From positions 192,001 to 256,000 of the forward strand of contig CAVQHD010000001.1 of NCBI GenBank assembly GCA_963712275.1: a stretch of DNA of 64,000 bases, read 5' to 3'. Within the stretch, counting starts at the first letter, position 1; each line of letters opens with the position of its first letter. Source of the stretch: an uncultured Rhabdochlamydiaceae bacterium (GTDB lineage Bacteria > Chlamydiota > Chlamydiia > Chlamydiales > Rhabdochlamydiaceae). Of this stretch, positions 25,423 to 35,495 are shown piece after piece. Below the pieces are notes generated by a model. That model saw only the letters and a program-made list of their open reading frames with translations, was not told the origin of the DNA and did not search any database. Position numbers and translations under genes: made by a program.

Positions 25423-26997
25423 GAGGGAATTGCAAAACTAACGAAAGGGAAGACTTTTTCGGGTCCGTTTTAGCAAAACCTACAGCAACTCCGAAAAAGT
25501 CTTCCCTTTCGTCATTTCTGTAATAGCGTTGCGATTTTCAACCACAAGTCACTTTTAACAAACACCTTGCGTCTGATATAATTAGCTTTCTGACAAACAA
25601 TCACATCAGAGCAAGGAGCAAACCACGTGGGTCAGCTGACAGACACTTTATCAAAATATTGGGAAAAAATTCAAGGCTCTCTTTTCGCTTGGTTAGAAGA
25701 AGAGCTCGATCCACTGACAGAAAAGCAGCAACAATTGGTTTCTATTTTGGAAGTGGTACGCATCGAAGACTTTCTTCCTTGCTATTACGGATGTGAGGGC
25801 CGCCCACAAAAAACACGTTCAGCAATTGCCAGATCATTCGTTGTTAAAATGGTATACAATCTCGATACGACAACATTTTTGATTGATCGCTTGAAAAGCG
25901 ATAAAAACCTACGACGTATTTGTGGGTGGGAATCTCTGTCTGAACTGCCTAGTGAGGCTACTTTTTCTAGAGCCTTCACTGAGTTTGCTAAAACAGGGCT
26001 TCCTCAGCGCGCACATGAGGCGCTGATTGTAAAGACATTGAAAAACGAAGTCGTTTTGCATAATTCACGCGATTCAACCGCAATCGAGGCTCGAGAACGG
26101 CCGCAAACCAAAACTAAGAACAAGGCAACGCAAAACAGTGAAGATCCGGATCAGGAATTGGAGCCAAAGAAAAAAGGTCGCCCTAAAAAAGGCCAAAAAC
26201 GAGCCAAACCCGAACCTACGCGCATAGACAGACAAAAAACGATGACGCTAGAAGAAATGCTGGCTGATTTACCGACAGCATGCGACAAAGGTGCTAAAAA
26301 AGACAGCAAAGGTAATACAATGTACTGGACTGGCTACAAGTTACATTTAGATACCATTGACGGAGGCATCCCTGTCAGCGCTATTGTTACTTCAGCTTCA
26401 GTTCATGACAGTCAGGTTGCAATTCCTCTGGCCACTTTAACTGCCACGAGAATCATCAACTGCTATGACCTCATGGATGCCGCTTACGACATCCCAGGTA
26501 TTATCGCACATAGCCAATCTCTCGGACACAAGCCCCTAATCGATAAGAATCCAAGAGCAGACAAACAGCTCAAAAAAGACCTTGAAGCGGAAAGTCTTGC
26601 AAGAAGAACTCTGAATTTAATTTTCCCAGAAACACTGCGTTATAATGAAAGGACAGCTGCGGAACGAACCAATTCTCGTCTGAAAGACGAATTTGGTGCT
26701 TGCAAACTCAGGGTGCGCGGACTTAGTAAGGTTGCGTGCCATCTTATGTTTGGCGTGTTGGTATTGACAGCCGACCAATTGATGAAATTGGTCACGTAAT
26801 CTTGCTGTAGGGTGAAAAAGTCTTCTGGCCAATGATCAAATGGGCTCCCGCTTGTTCTCACAGTGAAGATTTTTTGGATAAAACATCTAAAATTACGAGA
26901 CTGGAATCGAAAAAGTGATTTTTCGGGGCCTGCCAACCGGTTTGCATTCACTATCCCCGAAAAATCACTTTTTCGTTTCTAGTTTTGCAATTCCCTC
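25423..26997 (+). mobile_element. Complete IS (IS1182/IS5-like), 1575 bp
   Basis: Perfect 18-bp TIRs GAGGGAATTGCAAAACTA (25423-25440, 26980-26997); 4-bp target duplication GAAA. Confidence 0.93.
25627..26799 (+). CDS. DDE transposase
   Basis: LPSEATFSRAF, DSTAIEA, YWTGYKLHL, HDSQ, MDAAYD, YNERTAAERTNSRLK. Confidence 0.92.
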   Translation: MGQLTDTLSKYWEKIQGSLFAWLEEELDPLTEKQQQLVSILEVVRIEDFLPCYYGCEGRPQKTRSAIARSFVVKMVYNLDTTTFLIDRLKSDKNLRRICGWESLSELPSEATFSRAFTEFAKTGLPQRAHEALIVKTLKNEVVLHNSRDSTAIEARERPQTKTKNKATQNSEDPDQELEPKKKGRPKKGQKRAKPEPTRIDRQKTMTLEEMLADLPTACDKGAKKDSKGNTMYWTGYKLHLDTIDGGIPVSAIVTSASVHDSQVAIPLATLTATRIINCYDLMDAAYDIPGIIAHSQSLGHKPLIDKNPRADKQLKKDLEAESLARRTLNLIFPETLRYNERTAAERTNSRLKDEFGACKLRVRGLSKVACHLMFGVLVLTADQLMKLVT

Positions 26998-27037
26998 GAA
27001 ATAATTAAACTGTTCCAATGTAAAGAAATTTTTTTAA

Positions 27038-27736
27038 TTAGATGCGATTTCGAATTGTCTCTTTTCCCCACGACCCCGACCAGTGGAGAACGACCGCTTC
27101 AGGATTGATCCCTTTCTTGACGATCCAGTTATATTTCCCTGGAAGCTGTGTTATATCAACCCTCTCTGTTTGAATAAGATAAGTCAAAGCCTCCTGGTCG
27201 CCTAAGAACAGGTCGTTTTTTCTTTGGCAGAAAGAGGCCCAATCCGCCAAAAGGGGGGAGTTTGCATGGTAGAGGATTACCCCAGAGTTATACCCTACCT
27301 CTTCAAAAGACCCCCTATTATCCTGAGCAAGGGCTATCTGAGAGCACCTAGACAATTTGTGAAACAGCGGTGTGAGAGAACCCAGCACCTCACAGTCTAA
27401 ATCAAGCCAAATCGTTTCTTTGAAAGGGGTTTGCAAAAGAGCAAACGGCTTATAAAACCACTGGGTACGTCCACTCCATACATGAGAGCCGTACCGCTCT
27501 TCCCATTGCTCGGAGAGCTCTGAAGAAATCAGAGCCTTTGGAAAGACAAACCCGTGTGGCGCTCGAAGAGAAATAAGAGCACCGTGTAAGCGGCACCACT
27601 TTTTTGCTTGAGAGGACATGCCGAAATCGATAAAGGCGATCGGAAGATCAGGATGATGAGGTTTATAGTGAGACCACCACCATGGAAGCAACCATTCTTG
27701 CTTCTGGTCACATCCTACAATCACTCCTCGACTCAC
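27038..27736 (-). CDS. GT-A fold glycosyltransferase-like protein
   Basis: KPFAL..PFKETIWLDLD (DxD), YNSGV, GDQEAL, YNW, HW. Confidence 0.7.
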   Translation of the reverse strand: MSRGVIVGCDQKQEWLLPWWWSHYKPHHPDLPIAFIDFGMSSQAKKWCRLHGALISLRAPHGFVFPKALISSELSEQWEERYGSHVWSGRTQWFYKPFALLQTPFKETIWLDLDCEVLGSLTPLFHKLSRCSQIALAQDNRGSFEEVGYNSGVILYHANSPLLADWASFCQRKNDLFLGDQEALTYLIQTERVDITQLPGKYNWIVKKGINPEAVVLHWSGSWGKETIRNRI

Positions 27737-28554
27737 AACGCCTCTTTTCCTATTGTGCTAATCATCTCTTTCAGCTCACTTGGCGCTTCTTGAGCAGCAA
27801 GCTGGGCATAGGAGCGAGCCTTCTTAAGGTCATTTTTATCTCTATAGAATTCCGCAAGAACCAAACAGCATCTCCATCCATAATCGGTCCCCTGAGTCTT
27901 AAAACCGCGTAAGAATTTGACAAGCGGTAGAGCAATTTTAGCAACATGAGTCATCTTTTCGCGGCGAGCTTGAAAAGAGAGGAGCGCAAGCTCCCATTCC
28001 GCTGCTAAATCGTGGGGTTTGCGAGCTCGAATCTCCTGCTTCACTTTTTGAGCTTTGCGAGGATGGTTTTTGATCAATTGGGCATAGTGTTCGATGAGAA
28101 AATCGACCCCTGTATCTTGAGCAAGACCCGCTTGAAGCAGCTTTTCCATGCAGCTTGTCATCTGAAACACCTGCGATTTCCGGTAGAGATGAAGAAGCTC
28201 TTCAGCATTTAAATCCGTAAGTGAGCGACATACGGAATGAATCACGAGCATCTCTTTAATCAGATCGACGTACTTTTCAGGAGAAATTAAAAGGTACCCT
28301 AGGGAGCCGATCTCTTCTCCCTCCGATGTCACGAGCGTGAGCACAGGCACAGTTGTGTCTCCTTCCAGCGGCTTCATCTCTTCTCTCTTGATTCCTTCAC
28401 TCTCTAGAAGAGATTGAAAGGAAGAGGCATTCCATATTCCCTTCTTAAGCTCTTCAGACCAAAGACACTCCGCCGGTCCAAACTTAGCGACAACAGTAGG
28501 ATTTCCCTGAAGCACACCTAGAAGAATCGTCATGCAAAAGATAAGCACTCTCAT
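27733..28554 (-). CDS. Exported hypothetical protein (possibly thioredoxin-like N-domain plus helical domain)
   Basis: Signal peptide; PVLTLVTSEGEEIGSLGY; no CxxC. Confidence 0.45.
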   Translation of the reverse strand: MRVLIFCMTILLGVLQGNPTVVAKFGPAECLWSEELKKGIWNASSFQSLLESEGIKREEMKPLEGDTTVPVLTLVTSEGEEIGSLGYLLISPEKYVDLIKEMLVIHSVCRSLTDLNAEELLHLYRKSQVFQMTSCMEKLLQAGLAQDTGVDFLIEHYAQLIKNHPRKAQKVKQEIRARKPHDLAAEWELALLSFQARREKMTHVAKIALPLVKFLRGFKTQGTDYGWRCCLVLAEFYRDKNDLKKARSYAQLAAQEAPSELKEMISTIGKEAL

Positions 28555-28599
28555 GTATACTTGCCCCCTAAGACAGCTTCTAAGAGATCTCTATAAAAA

Positions 28600-29052
28600 A
28601 TGTTTTACTTTCCTCCAACACTTATTTTACGCCATCGACGGGAAAACCTTAAAAAATGCTCCTTAAGGGGGCTAGAACACCGATCCGATCTGATTTTTTT
28701 GACCTACCCTTTCGCCAAGCTGCCTGACCTAACCAACTATTGTGTATTAACCCTCGATGCCCCGCCGCTGACAGGTGAAGATGCTCCCCGAGGGCTTTTT
28801 CTGATCGATGGAACGTGGCGGCATGCAAAAACCATGGCTAAAACCCTTCCTTCTTCGGGGAAACACATTCTTCGAAGCTTACCACCCCATTACCAAACAG
28901 CCTACCCCCGTCGGCAGCCTGACTGCCCTGACCCCTCAAGGGGGCTTGCTTCAATTGAAGCTCTTTATGCCGCCTACACCATCTTAGGCCGCTCCGCCAA
29001 GGGACTCCTAGATGGGTATTACTGGAAAGAGCAGTTTTTGTTGTTAAATTAA
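28600..29052 (+). CDS. DTW/Tsr3-like aminocarboxypropyltransferase family protein
   Basis: HRRENLKKCSL, LIDGTW, RSLP, LASIEAL, YYWKEQFL. Confidence 0.7.
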   Translation: MFYFPPTLILRHRRENLKKCSLRGLEHRSDLIFLTYPFAKLPDLTNYCVLTLDAPPLTGEDAPRGLFLIDGTWRHAKTMAKTLPSSGKHILRSLPPHYQTAYPRRQPDCPDPSRGLASIEALYAAYTILGRSAKGLLDGYYWKEQFLLLN

Positions 29053-29103
29053 AATTTAAGTTTTTATATTAATTTTTTATTTAATTGCTAATTAACATTT
29101 AAT

Positions 29104-30417
29104 ATGTTTATAATAATTGCAAAATTAACAAAACAGGAGTTTATGACAATTTTTAACAAAATTTCAGAAGGACTTAGTTTCAGTTATTTTCAACACAAAC
29201 TAAGTTTAATAAATCCCTTTAATGATGGGATGAAAAAGAACGGACTTCAACTCGCGGAGACTCTTCTTCCTTTAGCTTCTCTCCACCCCCAAGCAGCAAA
29301 ACCTATTTCCCTCGCTTTATCAGGTTGGAACATAGCCACGGCTTTTTATCAAAAAAATTCTTATTGGAACTGCGTGAGAAGCATCGTCGAGTTTGCCGCA
29401 ACATGTTTTCAAATGCCTGCCGCTCTTTTCCTTCATACCTCTTTAAACATTTTAGAAAATGTCTACGAGCTTAAAAAAGACCGTTTAGGCAACCTCTTTA
29501 AGGTTGTTGGCAACTCCCTCTATCTTTCAACATTGATTAAATCTACGAACAAAAATTACCGCCATTTAGTCGCTATTTCTCTGATATTCCAAGGAATTAG
29601 TCAGCTCGTTCAGGCCTATCAAAAAGCCTATAATTCAAAAACAGCCAAACTATCTAACATAGACAGACTAGACCTGTTTATCAAAACCATGATGGGTTGT
29701 ATCCGCCTTTACCAAGCAGAAAAGACGCAAGAAGTTTCAAAGAAAAACTTTGTTATGATGCGCGTTGCTGCCCATGATAAAAATGATGACTTAACTCCTA
29801 AAGGATCTGAACAAGCCTTTCAAACCGCCGCGGATATAGAGGAGCTGGCTGTCAAAGCTGGAGCAGAGGACATTCGCATCGTTCATTCGGGCAGAAAGTG
29901 CGCTAAGCAAACGGCTGAATGCATTGCAAAGTGTGAACTTGTAAATAGGTACCTGGCTATTTCTGAAGATGAGATCTTTGAAGATCCTCGTCTTGCTGAT
30001 CCTAAGAATAACCCGCTCCTTAAAACACTGAAACGAGAAAATCCTGAAGCACGTAAACAATTCAGCAAGCTTCCTGCTAACGAGAAATTTGATGCAAAGC
30101 CTGTTGAAGGTTACGAGACAGAGCGAGAAGTTTTCACCCGCATGAATGCCGCTGTTCGAGAGAACCTTGACCAAACAGATGAGACAACTTTCACTGTTTT
30201 TATTACACATCAAGCTAGCTTGCTAAGTTGGCTGCGTGGATTAGTGCTGACCAATGAAAGCACAGAAGCGCAAATCTCCGCTGAAGCGAGACATCACCAC
30301 GCTGCCACTTGTGAACTCTACCCGATGGAACAAAACGATGGAACCATCTCTCAGACAGAAGCATCATTCCGTCCGGAATTTATAGGGGAAGCTGCTAAAG
30401 ATCCAAAAGATCCTTAA
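29104..30417 (+). CDS. Hydrophobic N-domain fused to degenerate histidine-phosphatase-like domain
   Basis: MMRVA (RHG lost), LTPKGSEQA, SGRKCAKQTA, ETEREVFTRM, FITHQ. Confidence 0.55.
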   Translation: MFIIIAKLTKQEFMTIFNKISEGLSFSYFQHKLSLINPFNDGMKKNGLQLAETLLPLASLHPQAAKPISLALSGWNIATAFYQKNSYWNCVRSIVEFAATCFQMPAALFLHTSLNILENVYELKKDRLGNLFKVVGNSLYLSTLIKSTNKNYRHLVAISLIFQGISQLVQAYQKAYNSKTAKLSNIDRLDLFIKTMMGCIRLYQAEKTQEVSKKNFVMMRVAAHDKNDDLTPKGSEQAFQTAADIEELAVKAGAEDIRIVHSGRKCAKQTAECIAKCELVNRYLAISEDEIFEDPRLADPKNNPLLKTLKRENPEARKQFSKLPANEKFDAKPVEGYETEREVFTRMNAAVRENLDQTDETTFTVFITHQASLLSWLRGLVLTNESTEAQISAEARHHHAATCELYPMEQNDGTISQTEASFRPEFIGEAAKDPKDP

Positions 30418-31325
30418 TTTACCTGGCGTTTGAAATCATCCATCACAGCCTGTAGATACCACTTACTGGTTTTTTCAGGCTGTTCTTGAGCAATCTGGGT
30501 AGCTTGATCGTCAGAGAGTACGGTAGTGCCTTTGGATATCCAAAGGTGGTAAAGCTGAATGTCTGCAATCAGAGGGTCAAACCGTTTTGTTTTTTCCTCT
30601 GTAGCAGAGTACAGGTAACTTTCAATCTCCATCTCATCTTCTTTTAAAGCTGCGACTGATTTGACATGCGTGAGTTTATCATCTATGAAAATCGCCTTGG
30701 GGAATTTTATTGGTAGATTTTTGGACATCTTGCGTAGATAGTCTCCCTTGAAATCTTCGTCACAATAAAAGACACCATTAAAATATTCGGACTCTTGAAT
30801 CAGATAAGAATGGATCGCACTTGGCGGCTGTTTTGTTAAATCAATGCCAACGGAGATGAGTTGGCCGTGGGTGAGCTCATCAACCCCCTCTTTGGGAGTG
30901 GCATACCATCGTTTTCGCTCTCTTGAAGTCAGGCCATACACATTATAATTTTGTAATAGCTCCTCTACAAATGCCTTCGTTTCTGGTTCGACTGTTATAC
31001 AAGGATGGTGCTGAGTGACGAAAAGAGAGAAAACATCATGCCAATTTTGGCTGGGATCATGCTTTGTCGCTTGCGTGATGTACCTTCTCCAAGCGCTAGA
31101 TCCCAACATGTAAGGGAAATCAATGAGGGTATCATCAATGTCAAAAAAGTAGATTGTGCCTGGAGGTTGGTTTTTGGAAACTTGAGCAAGAGATTCGATT
31201 TTTTGAATCGCTGGAGCAGCAGCTATAGTCGATGGTAAAGAAACAGAGGAAGACCCGCTTAACGGAGTTATAAGAGCGATCATAACACCTATAGTTTTTG
31301 CAATTTTTTTGAAAAATGAATTCAC
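30414..31325 (-). CDS. DUF2608-like exported HAD-fold protein
   Basis: FFDIDDTL, GLTSR, IFIDDK. Confidence 0.7.
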   Translation of the reverse strand: MNSFFKKIAKTIGVMIALITPLSGSSSVSLPSTIAAAPAIQKIESLAQVSKNQPPGTIYFFDIDDTLIDFPYMLGSSAWRRYITQATKHDPSQNWHDVFSLFVTQHHPCITVEPETKAFVEELLQNYNVYGLTSRERKRWYATPKEGVDELTHGQLISVGIDLTKQPPSAIHSYLIQESEYFNGVFYCDEDFKGDYLRKMSKNLPIKFPKAIFIDDKLTHVKSVAALKEDEMEIESYLYSATEEKTKRFDPLIADIQLYHLWISKGTTVLSDDQATQIAQEQPEKTSKWYLQAVMDDFKRQVN

Positions 31326-31437
31326 TTTCTCCTCATATACGGAAGACAGCTTACATTAAAAAAGCTTTAAATCCAAGTATGCGTCGAAATTAAATATTGC
31401 TATGTTGAAGTTTATCACGAAATGTGGATAATTGATC

Positions 31438-32276
31438 TTAATGACTGGGGGTTGTCCTAGTCGGCGTTAGAGCCTCGGAGAAATCTGGGGCTTTTCGTTT
31501 TTCTGATAAAACGTTTAACTCTTGACTTGGAAAGACTTCCAGCCCTGTTCCAAGATAGTTTGGATATTTATAAAATTTTTTCACAATAACATCGAAAGCG
31601 CGATTCTTATTCCCTTGGCTGACTACGTGACGTCCAATTGGATGCGTGACTAAGTCGGCAATTTGAAGACCAATACTATTTGCCCTTTTGTCGACGAAAA
31701 TGATTTTGAGTGGAAAAGCATTTTGCCTCTCTATATTTTTCTCTACGATCCTGCGGAATGAAATATTCAGCTCATTATCAAAATTATGTCCTCGTGATTC
31801 AATGATAATATGCGTGATCTTTCCGGGCTGATTTTTTTCCTCCAAAAATCGGTATACAGTCTCCAAGCAATATTCCAAACTCAATTCATATGCATTAATG
31901 GAGGTGGGACCTGTTTCTTTAAGCAGTTTTTTGTTGATAGCAGTCGATATAACAGTAAATGGAGATCGCCGAATTGCCTCGCTTAACTCGTATAAGAAAA
32001 CTTCTCTCCTGATTTTATTTTGCAAAAATTGAAAATCTTCGATCTGTCTTCTCTGTTTGGCTCCATGTAGAATGACTGCATCGTGTCCCCAAAAATTAAA
32101 TTTTAGTTCTTTGAATGCCCTAACAACATGTTCAATATAGTCATGTTTTGAAAAAACACAAAAAGTTAGAGCAAAACTGGGTGGTCTTCACATACGCTCT
32201 TAGTAGACTGATCTCCTGTTTCATCGCCGTAGATGATGTATTCGCTATAATCGCGTTCTTTTACGGTATTAGCCAT
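31438..32276 (-). pseudogene. DUF3800-family protein, frameshifted near 32173-32176
   Basis: N-part YIIYGDETGD...HPV in one frame; ALTFCVF...ESRG...GLQIADL in another. Confidence 0.75.
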
Positions 32277-32419
32277 CAATTGAATCCAAGATTTTCCATT
32301 TTTCAGAAGCTAATCATTGTCCTTAAAATATCACTTGAAAGTCAAAGGTTTTTTGCAGCTGAAATAGCCAGTATATCCTAAAAAGCATCCTTAAGGTATG
32401 ATCGAATATTGAGAATCGG

Positions 32420-33628
32420 ATGAACTTGCAACTTTATCGACTTGACCAACATACACTTAAAAAGAGCCTTTGCGATCCTGACGCCATAAAAGCCATTCGT
32501 CTCCTGCAAGAGGCGGGGCATGTCGCTTACCTCGTGGGGGGATCTGTGCGCGATCTTTTGCTGGGGATATCTCCTAAAGATTATGACATCTCCACATCAG
32601 CGCGTCCCGAAGAGATTAAAGCCCTTTTTAGAAGCCAGTGCATTCTCATCGGACGTCGGTTTCGCTTAGCGCACCTCCGATTCGGCCCCAAGGTCTTTGA
32701 AGTCTCAACCTTTCGTGCGGGGAATAATGAGTCGGACGAATTAATCGTCCGAGACAATGAATGGGGAACCCCCGAGCAAGATGCGCTTAGAAGAGATTTC
32801 ACGATTAACGGCCTCCTATATGACCCTGCCACAGAAACCATTATCGATTATGTCGATGGTTATGCAGATGTGCAAAGAAAATGCCTTCGCACCATTGGAC
32901 AACCATATCTACGATTTAAGCAAGATCCTGTGCGGATGATTCGACTGCTCAAATTTCATGCGCGATTTCACTTTGAGATCGATCCCGACGCTAAAGTTGC
33001 CCTTGCCGAATGTTATCATGAAATTATGAAAAGCTCTCAAGCGCGGATTTTTGAAGAACTTCTCCGCATGTTAGAATCTGGCGCTGCGGAACCTTTCATC
33101 AAGCTCATGAGCCAGCACCGTTTTTTAGAGCAGCTCACTCCGACCTTTGCTCAGTTTTTGACTCACCCAGAGGGAGAAGATGTTTTTGACTTTTTACACG
33201 AGGCCGACCTTCGCTCTAAAACAGCTTTATTGGATCGGTCCCTCCTGCTCTCCTGCCTGATATTTCCCTTTCTTCAAAAACATCTTCAAACCCATTTTTT
33301 GGATCGAGGCAAAACTCCTCATTTAGGTGAAATCTACCAAGAGATCCAAGAGACAATCTCTGCCCTCTTTAGCCCATTTTTCTTAATTCCCCGCAAACTA
33401 CGCATGAAAATCACATCGATTTTGATATCTCAATTTCGAATAACTCCTTTTCATAAACAGACGGCGCGAAGGCCCCGTGTTCCACGAGACCCTGATTTTC
33501 CACTCGCCCTGGAGTTTCTAGACTTTCGAGCCTCTTTGGAGCCGGCGCTCAAAGATCTCTGCGCCCTATGGCAAGATGCTTATAAGTACCCAGCTGCTCA
33601 GCGAAGAGGGCGCCGTCGACATGCATGA
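32420..33628 (+). CDS. pcnB: Poly(A) polymerase I
   Basis: LVGGSVRDLLLG..PKDYD, LIGRRFRLAHL signature, RRDFTINGL. Confidence 0.93.
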   Translation: MNLQLYRLDQHTLKKSLCDPDAIKAIRLLQEAGHVAYLVGGSVRDLLLGISPKDYDISTSARPEEIKALFRSQCILIGRRFRLAHLRFGPKVFEVSTFRAGNNESDELIVRDNEWGTPEQDALRRDFTINGLLYDPATETIIDYVDGYADVQRKCLRTIGQPYLRFKQDPVRMIRLLKFHARFHFEIDPDAKVALAECYHEIMKSSQARIFEELLRMLESGAAEPFIKLMSQHRFLEQLTPTFAQFLTHPEGEDVFDFLHEADLRSKTALLDRSLLLSCLIFPFLQKHLQTHFLDRGKTPHLGEIYQEIQETISALFSPFFLIPRKLRMKITSILISQFRITPFHKQTARRPRVPRDPDFPLALEFLDFRASLEPALKDLCALWQDAYKYPAAQRRGRRRHA

Positions 33629-34307
33629 TACCCAATTTGTCGGACCCCCGCTTGATGCTGGTCCTCGTCCTGCTGTTTTTTACTTTGCCCTCTCAGCTCA
33701 TGACTGCCTTTTCGTAGACCCTTTTAATCAACCTGTTTTGACGCTGTTGAAATCGGATATCAGGATCTTTTCAGTGACACTTCCTGGCCATGACCACCTC
33801 TCTCCTGCATCAGCAATGAAGTACTGGGCAAAAGAAATGGATCAAGACCCTGAGATGATCGAGTCTTTTACAAAGGATGTTGCTACCTATATCAATGCTC
33901 TGATCTCTCAAAAAGTCATCACCTCTTGCGGTGTCATGGGCCTTTCCCGAGGTGTCTTTATTGCAGCCCATGTGGCGGCAAAAATCGCATCGATTCAAAC
34001 GCTCCTTGGTTTTGCTCCTCTCACAACCTTCGCCCAGCAGAACCTGCACCGCCTTTCCGATCAACTTTATTCAAAAACAATCCGCTGTTACATTGGGAAT
34101 CGAGATGTCCGCGTTGGAACATCTCTCTGTTTTTCCTGGCTGGCGCAGCTCTCTGAACTTGCTTATCAAAGAGGGATTCGCACCTCTCCCATTGAACTTA
34201 TCATCGGCCCTTCAATTGGTAAAGACGGCCACGGAACCTCTCCTGCAACGTTCCAAGCAGGGGCCGCTTGGATGGCTGAGCAACTCCGGGGCGCTCATGC
34301 CACCTGA
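33621..34307 (+). CDS. Alpha/beta hydrolase-fold hypothetical protein
   Basis: GLSRG elbow, IGNRD, GHGT; start overlaps the pcnB stop. Confidence 0.65.
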   Translation: MHDTQFVGPPLDAGPRPAVFYFALSAHDCLFVDPFNQPVLTLLKSDIRIFSVTLPGHDHLSPASAMKYWAKEMDQDPEMIESFTKDVATYINALISQKVITSCGVMGLSRGVFIAAHVAAKIASIQTLLGFAPLTTFAQQNLHRLSDQLYSKTIRCYIGNRDVRVGTSLCFSWLAQLSELAYQRGIRTSPIELIIGPSIGKDGHGTSPATFQAGAAWMAEQLRGAHAT

Positions 34308-35484
34308 TATATTTATGACAGCAGGAGAAATCAGCGGAGACCGGCTTGGCGGATCGATTCTTGAAGCGATGATAGAGCAGCAAAAAAACCTCGAGGTTGT
34401 TGGCATTGGAGGTCCACAGATGCGAGCCCAAGGGCTTTTTCCGACCCTGCCGATGGAAGAGCTTCAAGTCATGGGATTTATCGACGTCATACGCCACCTT
34501 CCGCATCTGATCAAAACATTTCGAAGGACAATGCAAACAATCCTCCACTTAAATCCTAAAGCGGTGGTCACAATTGATTACCCCGGGTTTAACCTTCGCC
34601 TAGGCCGGGCGCTTCGAAAGCACGGATACCGTGGAAAGTTGTGCCATGTCGTCTGCCCATCAGTGTGGGCATGGGGCAAAAATCGGATTCAGTTATTAGA
34701 AGATAATTACGATCTTCTCCTTACCCTACTTCCTTTTGAGAAGCCGTACTTTCATAAAGCCAAGCTACAGAGGGAGTTGCAAAACTCCGATTTGGGGCAA
34801 AATCATCGAATTTGGCCTCCAAAGCAAGTTTTGCAACTCCCTCTACAAGTTGGCTATATTGGACACCCCCTTGTCCAAGCAATCTCTTATGAAACAAGGC
34901 CTGAAGAACCCTTGATTGCTTTTTTTCCAGGCAGCCGTTCTCATGAAATTGAACGGAACCTTCCCTTTTATTTGAGATTGATTCCAAAGCTGAAGCAGTT
35001 AAACCCCCATCTTCAATTCGGCATTTCAGTTGCGGCGGAAAAATACCGTCCCCTCATTCAAAAAATGACTGGTTCTTTACCTACAACCCTTTTAACTCCC
35101 CGTGAAATAGACGAGCGACGGCCGATGATGGCCATCGCAAAGTCTGGAACGATCACGTTAGAGCTTGCCCTCCGTGGTATCCCAACGGTTGTAACCTATG
35201 GAATGTCCCCTCTAGACATTGCCCTTGCCAAATGGGTTTTTCGCATCTCTCTTCCTTATTACGCACTACCTAATCTAATTTTAAATTTCTCTCTTTTCCC
35301 AGAGTTGATTGGGACTGAGCTAACCGACAAAAACCTGTTTGACTCAGTTAATTCTTTTTTAATAGCTCCCCAAAAGCGTCATCAATGCCACCTCGACTGC
35401 CAAAAAGTCAGGCAGCTTCTCACAACCTCTGAAAATCCCTCTAAATCTGCTGCTTCATTGATTTTAAGCCTTATTTCCAGCTAA
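34297..35484 (+). CDS. lpxB: Lipid-A-disaccharide synthase carrying an in-frame 26-aa MITE-derived insertion
   Basis: AGEISGD, IDYPGFN, PSVWAWG, LPFE, GHPL, FPGSR, KSGTITLE. Confidence 0.93.
   Translation: MPPDIFMTAGEISGDRLGGSILEAMIEQQKNLEVVGIGGPQMRAQGLFPTLPMEELQVMGFIDVIRHLPHLIKTFRRTMQTILHLNPKAVVTIDYPGFNLRLGRALRKHGYRGKLCHVVCPSVWAWGKNRIQLLEDNYDLLLTLLPFEKPYFHKAKLQRELQNSDLGQNHRIWPPKQVLQLPLQVGYIGHPLVQAISYETRPEEPLIAFFPGSRSHEIERNLPFYLRLIPKLKQLNPHLQFGISVAAEKYRPLIQKMTGSLPTTLLTPREIDERRPMMAIAKSGTITLELALRGIPTVVTYGMSPLDIALAKWVFRISLPYYALPNLILNFSLFPELIGTELTDKNLFDSVNSFLIAPQKRHQCHLDCQKVRQLLTTSENPSKSAASLILSLISS
34770..34843. mobile_element. 74-bp MITE related to the IS at 25423-26997
   Basis: 17-bp TIRs GAGGGAGTTGCAAAACT / AGTTTTGCAACTCCCTC; TACA duplicated at 34766-34769 and 34844-34847. 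Confidence 0.9.
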
Positions 35485-35495
35485 AATGATCCCTT

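Noticed and set aside
33931..34296. 122-aa N-terminal extension of LpxB in the ORF track
   Set aside because: It overlaps the upstream hydrolase gene; LpxB homology starts at ATG 34297.
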